Shown: in pieces, positions 9,365-18,394 of the stretch | Layout of the letters: each line of letters begins with the position of its first letter | Position numbering within the stretch: position 1 is the first letter of the stretch | From: Paraburkholderia sp. | GTDB taxonomy: Bacteria > Pseudomonadota > Gammaproteobacteria > Burkholderiales > Burkholderiaceae | Direction: 5' to 3' | Length of the DNA: 64,000 nucleotides | NCBI GenBank assembly: GCA_035536055.1 | Contig: DATLOW010000024.1 | Span: 7,599-71,598 of the forward strand | The notes under the pieces: generated by a model | The model's database searches: none | What the model was told of the DNA's origin: nothing | The model's input: only the letters and a program-made list of their open reading frames with translations | Made by a program: the position numbers and the translations under genes

Positions 9365-11305
9365 ATGAGCGACGAAAATGCGAGCACGAACACGGTCACC
9401 TACGAGATCCATCCGTCAATCGGCATCGCCCGGCTAGGTAATTCGGATTCGTATTTCATTGGCCCTGAGCCGGTCAAGGATGCGCATGGCGAATGGGTGA
9501 CACGAACGCCTTTCGAAGACGGTACGGCGGCCGACAGCAGCGAGCCCTTTATGTATCGCGATAGCGGAGGCAAGTTAAAGCGCCAGGCCGCGCGTTTCCG
9601 GATATACAAATGCACGCGCGATAGTAACGGCGTACTGACACAGGAGGAAGAAGTCCACTGTGGCGAACAGGTGCAGCGCATCCATTGGACGGTCCATCTG
9701 CGCAATCGCAAGGGGGCTGGGGCACGTCTGGAGCCTTCCAAAGAGCCGTGCCAAACCGACTCGGACGTCATGCTACGGAATTGCGGCCAGCCAGACCGCA
9801 ACAGCCTCGTTATCGATCCGGGTCCGCGCAGCCTGGAGGTCGAATCCGGCAGCACCGGCATGAACATCGCGCCTTTGGACACGGGGAAATTTCTGGGCAA
9901 GCCGGTGAGTCTTGGCGAAATCCGCACGGATGCGGCCGGCCGGCTGCTGGTGCTCGGCGGCAAAGGCGAATCGTCGGCCGTGCCGTCGTCCGAGCCGCTC
10001 GAAAACTTTGCCGACAACGACGGATGGTGCGACGACACCGCCGATGGACCGGTGAGCGCCAGAATCGAGTTGACAGACGGCGGCCCGCCGATCGACGTCG
10101 TGCCGTCCTGGGTGATCGTCGCTCCGCCTGACTTCGCGCCGAATGTCAGAAGCTTCGTCACGCTGTACGACATTTGCCTGCAGACCTGGATCGACAAGAA
10201 AGGCCTGGCGCTTCCCGGCATGAACGAGACCAATTTCTATAGCGACGTCTTGCCTATTCTCAGACGAACGAGAGGCTATCGCTGGGTGTTCGCAGGGGTG
10301 ATGCGTTCGGACGTACCGGACAAGCACGGTTCGTGGAGTGACGAAACGTCAGCGCTGTTTGCTGCGCTCGCCCAGCCATCCGACTTCGGTCCACCGCCGG
10401 GCAGCGTGTCGGAAAAGGCGATTCGATACCGGCAGATGCTGGTCGCGCACCTGCGAGATCCCGAGGACGCTTCGCTAAAGCCACGCGAGGTCGCGATGCC
10501 GCGGCTTCACGACGACTCGGACAAGATCGTAGACCCGAAGACGGGTGCGTCGAAGGTGCTGGCGCTGACACCGCTCCAGTACCGGCACATGCGCAACTGG
10601 GCCAACGGGACCTTCGACAATACGCGCCTGCCGGCCCACGAATTCGAAGCTGACGCGCTTGACCGGATAGCGCTGCAGGCGTGCTCAGGCGCCCCGCTTT
10701 ATCCCGGCATCGAAGCGCCTCGCATCATGAGGGACACACGTCTTTACATGGCGCCGTTCCGCGTCGATCCTCAATCGGAATTATGGGGCGCAGCCGCGCT
10801 GCAGGACGATGCCGATCGTGGTGCGGGCCGCATCACCGAGGGCTTGGCGGTGCCGTGGCAGGCCGATTTCTACGAGTGCCGGATGGATGGCGACGCGACC
10901 TGGTGGCCGGCCACTCATCCGGACAAGGTGCTGGTCTTGCGACCCGGCGACATGAATCTGGATCGACCGGCAGATGCACTGTCGGAAGAGATGGAGATGT
11001 GGCACTTCGGCATCGAAAGCAAACTCGACATGGTGAAGCTGTGGTCGAGCCTCGGCATCGTAAAGGCGAAGCACCTGGAGAAAGCAAAGGGTTGGAGCGT
11101 GCCAGCCACGGCCGAAGACATCGTCAGGAACGGTAACGGCGAGATTGTCAGCGGTACGGTCTACGTCGAGGAGGAGCGCGTCGAATTCGGTCTTGCGCCG
11201 CGTACGACTCCTGCGGTCGATATGCTTATCCGGCGGCCTGCGGAACTGCGCACCAGACGCGCCAAAAAGAATCGCGACAATACGATTCAATCCGGTCCGC
11301 CATGA
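9365..11305 (+). CDS. lodA: LodA/GoxA-family CTQ-dependent amino-acid oxidase
   Basis: IHPSIGIARLGNS, KRQAARFRIY, NDGWCDDTADGPV, CSGAPLYPGIE, PWQADFYEC and WWP motifs. Confidence 0.9.
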   Translation: MSDENASTNTVTYEIHPSIGIARLGNSDSYFIGPEPVKDAHGEWVTRTPFEDGTAADSSEPFMYRDSGGKLKRQAARFRIYKCTRDSNGVLTQEEEVHCGEQVQRIHWTVHLRNRKGAGARLEPSKEPCQTDSDVMLRNCGQPDRNSLVIDPGPRSLEVESGSTGMNIAPLDTGKFLGKPVSLGEIRTDAAGRLLVLGGKGESSAVPSSEPLENFADNDGWCDDTADGPVSARIELTDGGPPIDVVPSWVIVAPPDFAPNVRSFVTLYDICLQTWIDKKGLALPGMNETNFYSDVLPILRRTRGYRWVFAGVMRSDVPDKHGSWSDETSALFAALAQPSDFGPPPGSVSEKAIRYRQMLVAHLRDPEDASLKPREVAMPRLHDDSDKIVDPKTGASKVLALTPLQYRHMRNWANGTFDNTRLPAHEFEADALDRIALQACSGAPLYPGIEAPRIMRDTRLYMAPFRVDPQSELWGAAALQDDADRGAGRITEGLAVPWQADFYECRMDGDATWWPATHPDKVLVLRPGDMNLDRPADALSEEMEMWHFGIESKLDMVKLWSSLGIVKAKHLEKAKGWSVPATAEDIVRNGNGEIVSGTVYVEEERVEFGLAPRTTPAVDMLIRRPAELRTRRAKKNRDNTIQSGPP

Positions 11306-12420
11306 ACGAGACTCGCGTGGCATTCGATGAACGTGTCGTACCGCGCGCGCTGGACGTTGCCGTGGTCGGCGGCGGCCCAGCGGGATGCGCGACCGCGATC
11401 GCGCTGGCGCGCCGCGGTCTGGCCGTCGCGCTGCTCGAACGCTCTTGCTACGACACGCCACGCGTCGGCGAAACGCTGCCGCCGGAAAGCCGCGTTCCGC
11501 TTGCCGCGTTGAATTCGCTGCAACGCGTCGACGACGACACGCATCTGCGTAGCAGCGGAATCGTGTCGGTGTGGGGAGAGAACCTGCCGTACCAGAACGA
11601 CTTTGTTTTCAATCCATATGGCCATGGCTGGCATCTCGACCGCCGCCGCTTCGATGCGATGTTGGCGCGAAGCGCGGCGGATGCAGGCGTACACGTGCTG
11701 GTTGCCAGCACCGTGCGCCGTTGCGAAGCGCATTCCGACGGCTTCGACATCGACGCGGACCGCGCTCGCGAAGGGGCTTGCCGGTTGCGCAGCCGTTTTG
11801 TCGTCGACGCGACGGGGCGCGGTTGTTCGCCGCTGCCGGGCGTCGCGCACCGCATCGTCTACGACAAGCTCGTCGGGCTGGTCGGCTTCGTGATCCCGCC
11901 GCGTGGACAGAGCGATACGCGTACGCTGCTGGAAGCAGTTTGCGACGGCTGGTGGTACACCGCGCTACTGCCGGGAAACAGGCGCGTGGTCGCCTATATG
12001 ACCGACGGCGATCAATTGAAGCTGCACCGGCGCGACCTGTTCCGGTTCTTTGTCGCCCGTGTTGGCGAGGCACCTCATACGCGCGCAAAGGTCGGCATGC
12101 CATCCGACGTGGAAAGTCTGCATGTGCTCGCAGCCAGCACGTACCGCCACGCATCGATTCATGGCGAGCGATGGCTGAAGGTTGGCGACGCAGCATGCGC
12201 ATACGATCCCCTTTCGTCATCAGGCGTATTGAAGGCGTTGCAGTCCGGACTCGACGCCGCGGCAGCGATCGACGCCTGGCTCGCCGGAGACGTGGCAGCG
12301 CCCGCGCGCTACGCCGCGCGGATCCAGCAGCGCTTTACTGCCTATCTCGGCACGCGAGCGATTTACTACGGCCGCGAGATGCGCTGGCCGGCATCGCCTT
12401 TCTGGCAGCGCCGCCATTGA
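11302..12420 (+). CDS. lodB: LodB/GoxB-like FAD-dependent CTQ-maturation flavoprotein
   Basis: VVGGGPAG Rossmann motif, VGETLPP, VVDATGR, GWWY and VGDAA..DPLSSSG. ATGA overlap with lodA. Confidence 0.85.
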   Translation: MNETRVAFDERVVPRALDVAVVGGGPAGCATAIALARRGLAVALLERSCYDTPRVGETLPPESRVPLAALNSLQRVDDDTHLRSSGIVSVWGENLPYQNDFVFNPYGHGWHLDRRRFDAMLARSAADAGVHVLVASTVRRCEAHSDGFDIDADRAREGACRLRSRFVVDATGRGCSPLPGVAHRIVYDKLVGLVGFVIPPRGQSDTRTLLEAVCDGWWYTALLPGNRRVVAYMTDGDQLKLHRRDLFRFFVARVGEAPHTRAKVGMPSDVESLHVLAASTYRHASIHGERWLKVGDAACAYDPLSSSGVLKALQSGLDAAAAIDAWLAGDVAAPARYAARIQQRFTAYLGTRAIYYGREMRWPASPFWQRRH

Positions 12421-12429
12421 GGAACGGCC

Positions 12430-13113
12430 ATGAAGATCATGCTGGTCGACGATCACGCGCTGTTCCGCGAGGGCCTGCGGCTCGTGTTGACGCAACTCGA
12501 TCCGGGCACCGAAATCGTCGAAGCCGAGAACTGCGCTCAGGCGTTCAGCATTGCGCGGCGACGAACCGATCTGGACCTCGTGCTGCTGGATCTGTCGTTG
12601 CCGGACATATCCGGCATGGAAGCATTGCATCGACTGCGCGCTGAATATGCGGGCCTGCCGGTGGTCGTGCTATCCGGCCACGACGATCGGGCGACGATCA
12701 TCGAGGCATTGGATGCGGGCGCAATGGGTTTCATACCGAAGTCTTCCACGAGCCGGGTGATGATGAGCGCGTTACGGCTGGTTCTTGCCAACGGTGTCTA
12801 TATTCCGCCCGCGGCGTTGACGGCGCCCGGCGCCAGACCATCCGCAATCGATGCGGGCAATGAACTCGATACCGCATCGCATCTGCCGCGCGTGCCCGAC
12901 AAGGCACTCACCGAGCGGCAGATGCAGGTGCTGGAACTGCTGGTGCAGGGCAAACCGACCAAGCTGATCTGCCGGGAACTGGGTTTGGCGGAAGGAACGG
13001 CGAAGGTGCATATCGCCTCCGTGCTGCGCGCGCTTCACGTGGCAAATCGAACCCAGGCGGTGGTGGCGGTGAGTCAACTCGGCATCACCTTCAGGGCCGG
13101 ACGCGGTGGATGA
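12430..13113 (+). CDS. NarL/LuxR-family response regulator
   Basis: LVDDH REC domain (LLDLSLPD, GFIPK) plus LTERQ..VL LuxR HTH. Confidence 0.93.
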   Translation: MKIMLVDDHALFREGLRLVLTQLDPGTEIVEAENCAQAFSIARRRTDLDLVLLDLSLPDISGMEALHRLRAEYAGLPVVVLSGHDDRATIIEALDAGAMGFIPKSSTSRVMMSALRLVLANGVYIPPAALTAPGARPSAIDAGNELDTASHLPRVPDKALTERQMQVLELLVQGKPTKLICRELGLAEGTAKVHIASVLRALHVANRTQAVVAVSQLGITFRAGRGG

Positions 13114-13116
13114 ACT

Positions 13117-13890
13117 TCATTCGTGTGCATCGAGCGCGAGCAGATTGAGGATGACCAGAATCACGGGCCGATTCTCGGCGACGATCTCGATGCCGAGCGT
13201 ATCGCGCATCCAGCTGCCGATTTTTGTGTTCGAATAGTCGTCGGGGCTGGCCGACTTCTTCAGTGTCACACCGAGCTTGAGCGCCCGATAGTGATAGGAC
13301 GGCAACCTGTGCCGATCCGCGGCGCCCTTGAGTCCCCCTTTAGCGCCGCAACACGTGCCGAGGCTGGCGGCCAGAATGATCCGGTCGGCCTGATCCAGCG
13401 AACTCACAAAGGCACGTGTGGCCTGCCGCGTTCGCGCTTCATCGAGACCGTATTCGGCAAGCACCGATTCGATCGGGTCGTCGAGCGGGTGTGCATGCGC
13501 ATCGAGTTCAGTGGATACGCCGTCGATCTCGATCGAAATGTCATGCCGGTGGCTTGCGCTGCGCAGACAGTCGATCAGGTAGCGGCGGAAATACGCACAG
13601 ATCGCGTAGGAGCTCGACGGCGTGCTGTGCGGACGCTCGTGCGGCTCGCTGTGATCGATATCCAGTTTCAGCACACGCGAGAAGATGAACTGCGCGATGA
13701 GCTCGTCCTTATCTTCCGCCAGCGCGCGCAATTCGGACGGATAGTACGCACGCAACGCGCCTCGTACGAAACCGTAGATGCAGCCCATCTCCATGCTGGA
13801 AAGATGGCTGCGCCGATGCCAGAGATCCGCCAGCGTCGCGGCATCGCCGTCGATTGCGGCGCCATCGGCACAACCCAACCCGGCCATCAT
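13117..13890 (-). CDS. Hypothetical protein with ECF sigma-factor-like segments
   Basis: 257 aa ORF with GGAGG RBS. YFRRYLIDCLRS resembles region 2 and FVSSLDQADRIIL resembles region 4. Confidence 0.6.
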   Translation of the reverse strand: MMAGLGCADGAAIDGDAATLADLWHRRSHLSSMEMGCIYGFVRGALRAYYPSELRALAEDKDELIAQFIFSRVLKLDIDHSEPHERPHSTPSSSYAICAYFRRYLIDCLRSASHRHDISIEIDGVSTELDAHAHPLDDPIESVLAEYGLDEARTRQATRAFVSSLDQADRIILAASLGTCCGAKGGLKGAADRHRLPSYHYRALKLGVTLKKSASPDDYSNTKIGSWMRDTLGIEIVAENRPVILVILNLLALDAHE

Positions 13891-14132
13891 GTCCTCCGGT
13901 CGATATCAGCGAGACGCTTGCAGAGTAGGACGTCAGGCAACGCGTGACTATCGACCGTAGGGATTAGATCCGACGTCGTAAGCCGAATTGGTCAGATGAC
14001 GTGTCCGCCGCCTGTGTTGGGCGTTCGACGCCATCGCCATGCGCAAACCACCGGTACGCGCCTTTCAAAATCGCCGCTTCTGTCGCGTCTTCCCGCCACG
14101 ATATCCGGGAACGTCCTGCTGGGAGCGATGCG

Positions 14133-14873
14133 ATGAACTGGAGCAAGGCAGCGTCGGCCATCTGCGACACGGCGCAGTTTCTTGGCGGCCTTTCGAGCGG
14201 CCCGGTTGGAATGAGCGTGACAGCCATGGCGATATTCCTGTCGCAGATGCTGGGGGTATCCGATCGTTCGTCGCTTGCGAGTGCGCTCGCCGAGGCGAAT
14301 GAGCCGGAGGACGAGCGCGTTGCGCAAGAGGTCGATGAGCTCGAGCAGCTTGCGGTGACGGCGGAAACCCGGTTCACGCAGGAGCCTGTCGAACCGCTGC
14401 AATACGTCAGCGGCATGGCGCTGGACTGGACCACGGTCGCCTCGACAATCAGCCCCACGGCGCCGCTTCTCGCGAGCCTGGTGGGTGGGCCGATCGAACT
14501 GTGTGTGGCGACGGCGTCGTCGATCCTGTGCCATGTGCTGGGAACGTCGAACGATCCAGCGGAAATCGAAACGGCGCTCGCGGATCCGGCGGCGCTCGAA
14601 AGAGTCCGGCAGGCCGAGACTGCGATCTCAGTGCAGCTGCAGCGGCTCGCCGTTACCGCGGCGCACGCGCAACTGGTGCACGAGCTCGAACTTGCGCGCG
14701 TCGAACCGGCGGATCGCAACCTGCTGCGCGCAACGGCGGCGTTGCCCGAATCGGCGGTACAAGCGCTTATCCCGCGATTTCATCTTGCCCGGCCTTTGGC
14801 GCGACATGTGTCCAGAGTGTCCGGCGCAATCGGCCGTTTGCGCACTGCCGCTGCGCAAACAGTCCGTCACTAG
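14133..14873 (+). CDS. Hypothetical protein with internal tandem duplication, resembling phage membrane proteins
   Basis: Two ~55 aa repeats (W..AS.I..TA..L..L..GP....V.....L...LG.S.....ALA). GGGAG RBS upstream. Confidence 0.6.
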   Translation: MNWSKAASAICDTAQFLGGLSSGPVGMSVTAMAIFLSQMLGVSDRSSLASALAEANEPEDERVAQEVDELEQLAVTAETRFTQEPVEPLQYVSGMALDWTTVASTISPTAPLLASLVGGPIELCVATASSILCHVLGTSNDPAEIETALADPAALERVRQAETAISVQLQRLAVTAAHAQLVHELELARVEPADRNLLRATAALPESAVQALIPRFHLARPLARHVSRVSGAIGRLRTAAAQTVRH

Positions 14874-14928
14874 CGGCACATCCAGACTCGACGCGGTGCA
14901 GGCGCGTCGAATTTGCAGGAGACGTATC

Positions 14929-15249
14929 ATGAAGCATTCATTGAAAGCCGCCCTCGTTGGCGGGACCATTGCCACGATCTTCGTGATGGGCCCTGTGTTT
15001 GCGCAGGGTGCTGGAAATGGCAATGGCGCGACTGTCGGAGACGGCGCGCCTGGCGCGGCAACCGCTGGCATGACCAGTCACGCGGCTGCTACGTCGAACG
15101 CGCCGGGTGCGACGTCCGGCAGGATGGACAACGGCACGTCGGGGTATGGCGGTGTCTATGGAGGCACGGGTGCATCGGGTGGCTCGAGCCGCTCGGCATG
15201 GACCACCTGCGGTCATCTGCCGCAATGCAACCCCGACAGCGGTCATTAA
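14929..15249 (+). CDS. Small secreted Gly/Ala-rich protein
   Basis: AGGAG RBS, signal peptide MKHSLKAALVGG..VFA/Q, and a C-terminal CGHLPQC. Confidence 0.7.
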   Translation: MKHSLKAALVGGTIATIFVMGPVFAQGAGNGNGATVGDGAPGAATAGMTSHAAATSNAPGATSGRMDNGTSGYGGVYGGTGASGGSSRSAWTTCGHLPQCNPDSGH

Positions 15250-15885
15250 CTAAAGAAGCCGGGCACGGCGGGCTTTCGCGGCTCGGATGCTGTGGTCCGC
15301 GAAAATCCGCCGCAGCGATCGTCGATCGCAAATCATGCGGTCGCGCATCGCGTTGCTGACGGCTTTCCCCCTGAGCCTGCGGACGATACGACCCGGCCTG
15401 CGCCGCAGCGTCGCGCCCGACATGCGCTCCCATTGGTGTTTCCCCGTGCCTCCCTGTTCGTCGGATGTGAGTAGTCCCGCACGGAGTTTCCATTTCCCAT
15501 CGAACACCATCCCATTGCCGACATGGTTTCAGCGGCGTGTGTCGCATGGCGCCGCGTATGCGCATATGAGGGTTCCCGCAAGGAAGCCGCACATGAGTAG
15601 GGAATAGCGTCAGCGACTGGCTGAAGATGCCTGGCTGTCCGGCATCGCGAATCCGCCGTGCACGATCGACGGGCGGTAGGCGATCGGGTAGCCATTGCAT
15701 GAGCCAGATCGCATTGTCGCAACAGAGACCGTGAAATGCTCAAGAGATCGGATTATCCAGGAGCGCTGTGCAGTCACGAGAAGCTTGGCGTCTGTGACGA
15801 CGCACGAGGCTGCATATCGGCACGGGGTCCACCACGGAGGTCGCTTACGCATTTCCATTTGTCTCTCTAGCTGCGAGGTGAAACC

Positions 15886-16647
15886 ATGAGAACTAAATCG
15901 TTGTTAGGGATTGCGGTTGCTTCGGTGGCGTTGGCGCCAGCGTTGCAACCCCTTCCAGCATGGGCCGACGGCCCGAAATCGGCATACGACAACGGCGGGA
16001 CCGACGTGTCGCTCGATCCCGGCGAAGAACGCATGACAGCCGATGAGGAAAACAAGGCACGCCAGAAAGACCTGAGCGATGCCTATCACAATGGCTATGC
16101 TGCCCGCGCCAAGGAGGATGCCGAGACGTATGCTTCGTTGCGCGATCAACTGAAGCAGGCAGCCAAGCCAGCCACGGCCAAAGATGTGCCGCCGCTTCCG
16201 CCGGGCTTGCCGGGCGATGACGACGACGAGACTGCGCAGACGACACCCGTGCCGCGGCCGCCGCAGACCGCTCAGCGCGCGATCGCGGCTCAGCCTCAGC
16301 CGCGCTACCAGGCTGCCGCGCAGGCGCAGCCACCGAGGTACACGCCAGCACAGCCGCGTTATGCGCCGCAGCCCGTCTATGCGCAGGCGCCGGCTTACGA
16401 AGAAGGTCCTTCGCCGTACCAGCCGCAGCCGGTCTATGTGCAACGGGCGTATGCACCGCCGGTGCGTACGGTGCCGTACGTTCCGGTTTACGCGCAGGAG
16501 GAGTATCCGGCGTATCCGGTGCAAACGGTGGTGCAGCCGGTTGTCGCGGTCGCGAGTCCTTATCCGGTCTATCGCGGCGGGTACTGGGCCGGAGCGTATC
16601 CGCGGCCGTACAGCGCCGGGCCGATGATTTACCAGGTATGGCAATAG
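15886..16647 (+). CDS. Exported Pro/Tyr/Gln-rich hypothetical protein
   Basis: GAGG RBS, signal peptide ..PAWA/D, short coiled-coil, and a low-complexity PxY/QP tail. Confidence 0.75.
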   Translation: MRTKSLLGIAVASVALAPALQPLPAWADGPKSAYDNGGTDVSLDPGEERMTADEENKARQKDLSDAYHNGYAARAKEDAETYASLRDQLKQAAKPATAKDVPPLPPGLPGDDDDETAQTTPVPRPPQTAQRAIAAQPQPRYQAAAQAQPPRYTPAQPRYAPQPVYAQAPAYEEGPSPYQPQPVYVQRAYAPPVRTVPYVPVYAQEEYPAYPVQTVVQPVVAVASPYPVYRGGYWAGAYPRPYSAGPMIYQVWQ

Positions 16648-16821
16648 GGAACGGGCGGGCTGCGGGTGGTTGCGCACCCGAGCCCGCCAGATCCCGATCC
16701 GCTGAAGCGTCGCGTATGGCAGATCCCGACCGCACGTCTCGCAACAGCTGGAGGCCATATGCAAGGTGCGATACTGCCGGTCAACTCATGTCCGGTCGCC
16801 GTATCGCGCAAACGCTCCATC

Positions 16822-17205
16822 ATGAACGATCTGCCCGCCTTTTCTGAAGCACTGCCGCTCTCCGCGGACAGTGCCAGCCGCAGTCAGCTGGTTTCGCGCA
16901 TCGATCCGGTCACGCTGAAGCTGTTCATTGCCGTCGTCGAAGAAGCCAGCATCGCGCGCGCCGCCGGGCGCGAGCATATTACGCCTTCCGCCGTCAGCAA
17001 GCGGCTCGCCGATCTGGAGCGGATCATGCACGTGCCGCTGCTCGAGCGGCATCGGCGTGGGGTGCGGCCTTCGAAGGCCGGCGAAGCACTGCTGCGCCAT
17101 TCGCGGCGAATGCTGCACGATCTCGAACAGCTCGAAGTGGAGATGGACGAGTTCGCGATGCCGACGCATACGGCACGCGGCCTCGCCGTGCATTGCCATC
17201 GCTGA
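16822..17205 (+). pseudogene. Truncated LysR regulator (HTH and linker only)
   Basis: LKLFIAVVEEASIARAAGREHITPSAVSKRLADLE HTH. The ORF ends just after the linker helix with no effector domain. Confidence 0.75.
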
Positions 17206-17300
17206 ATTCACCAGGCTGAATCTATCCGGGCGCCTTGCCGGTGCAGGCGTTTTCGCCGTTTTGCGCGATCGTCGATGCGCTTTTGCACCACCGGAAATTA

Positions 17301-17365
17301 ATCGTTTGAGACGATCAATCCTCTTAATTTCCTTGTTTGTGGTTTAAAAATGCGTCGCATACCAT
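17301..17365 (+). promoter_or_regulatory. LysR box plus sigma70-like promoter (copy A)
   Basis: ATCG-N7-CGAT-caat, then TTGTGG-N17-TACCAT. Same spacing as the element at 31800. Confidence 0.65.
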
Positions 17366-17407
17366 CACTCGAACGATTTCATGACGGCGGAGGAATGTGT
17401 GACATCG

Positions 17408-18394
17408 ATGATGAAGGTGATGGCTCTGCAGCAGCACGGTGGCATCGAGCAACTCAGGCACGACAGCTGGCCGATTCCTGAGCCGGCTGCACACCAGGCG
17501 GTCGTCGAGGTAAAGGCATGCGGCCTGAACTATATGGACGTGTTCGTGATGCGCGGCATGCCCGACGTGAAGACGCAAATGCCACGCATCCCGGGCGGCG
17601 ACATCGCCGGTGTCGTCACGGCGGTCGGCGCCGAGGTACCGCAACACTGGATCGGCAAGCGCGTCGTGCTGTTTCCGCGTTTTCCGCAAGGTGGTGTACT
17701 GGGCGAAAACGGTAACGGCGGTCTGTGCGAATACATTGCGGTGGATCAGCGCCAGCTGATCGAAATTCCCGATGGCGTTGGTTTCGACGAAGCCGCTGCG
17801 CTGCCGATCGCCTACGGCACCGCGCATCGCATGTTGTTTACGCGCGGCAAGATTCAGCGTGGCGAAAAGGTTCTGGTGCTGGGTGCAAGCGGTGGGGTCG
17901 GCGTTGCATGCCTGCAGTTCTCGAAGATGGTCGGCGCCGAGGTGTTCGTCTGTACCAGCACCGACGAGAAAGGCCGCAAGCTGAAGGAGCTGGGCGCGGA
18001 CCACGTCATCAACTATGCGGACGATCCGGATTTTTCAAAAGCAGTGTGGGCCGCAAGCGGCAAGAAAGGCGTCGACGTCGCGGTGAACTTCACCGGCGGC
18101 GATACGTGGATTCCGACACAACGTTGCATGGCGGTGGGCGGCCGGATTCTCACCTGCGGATCGACAGTAGGCCATTTGTGCGAAGTCGACGTGCGCTACA
18201 TCTGGCATCGCGAGGTCGACATCATCGGCTCGCGGGCCTATGTGCCCGACGATATCAAGGCATGCCTCGACTTTGTCGCCTCTGGCCAGCTCAAACCGGT
18301 CATCGAGACGCAGTTTCGGCTCGAACACGCAGGCCAGGGCATCAGCCTGCTGGAAGAACGCCGCATTTTTGGAAAGGTTATCGTCAAGCCATGA
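17408..18394 (+). CDS. MDR-family NAD(P)-dependent oxidoreductase (quinone reductase/ADH-like)
   Basis: ACGLNYMD, PRIPGGD.AG, LVLGASGGVG and GKVIV. Lacks the Zn-binding GHE motif. Confidence 0.88.
   Translation: MMKVMALQQHGGIEQLRHDSWPIPEPAAHQAVVEVKACGLNYMDVFVMRGMPDVKTQMPRIPGGDIAGVVTAVGAEVPQHWIGKRVVLFPRFPQGGVLGENGNGGLCEYIAVDQRQLIEIPDGVGFDEAAALPIAYGTAHRMLFTRGKIQRGEKVLVLGASGGVGVACLQFSKMVGAEVFVCTSTDEKGRKLKELGADHVINYADDPDFSKAVWAASGKKGVDVAVNFTGGDTWIPTQRCMAVGGRILTCGSTVGHLCEVDVRYIWHREVDIIGSRAYVPDDIKACLDFVASGQLKPVIETQFRLEHAGQGISLLEERRIFGKVIVKP

Noticed and set aside
11302-12420. Flavoprotein as a stand-alone tryptophan halogenase or RiPP tailoring enzyme
   Set aside because: Its overlap with lodA and its size fit LodB. 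There is no WxWxIP motif (it has GWWY) and no clear precursor peptide.
15250-15880. Small ORFs or an ncRNA in this long gap
   Set aside because: No recognisable motif, RBS-supported ORF or RNA family that I can support by eye.
17725-18390. 735 aa N-terminally extended CoA ligase in the ORF track
   Set aside because: The extension is an off-frame shadow over the MDR gene. The real start is the ATGA overlap at 18391.
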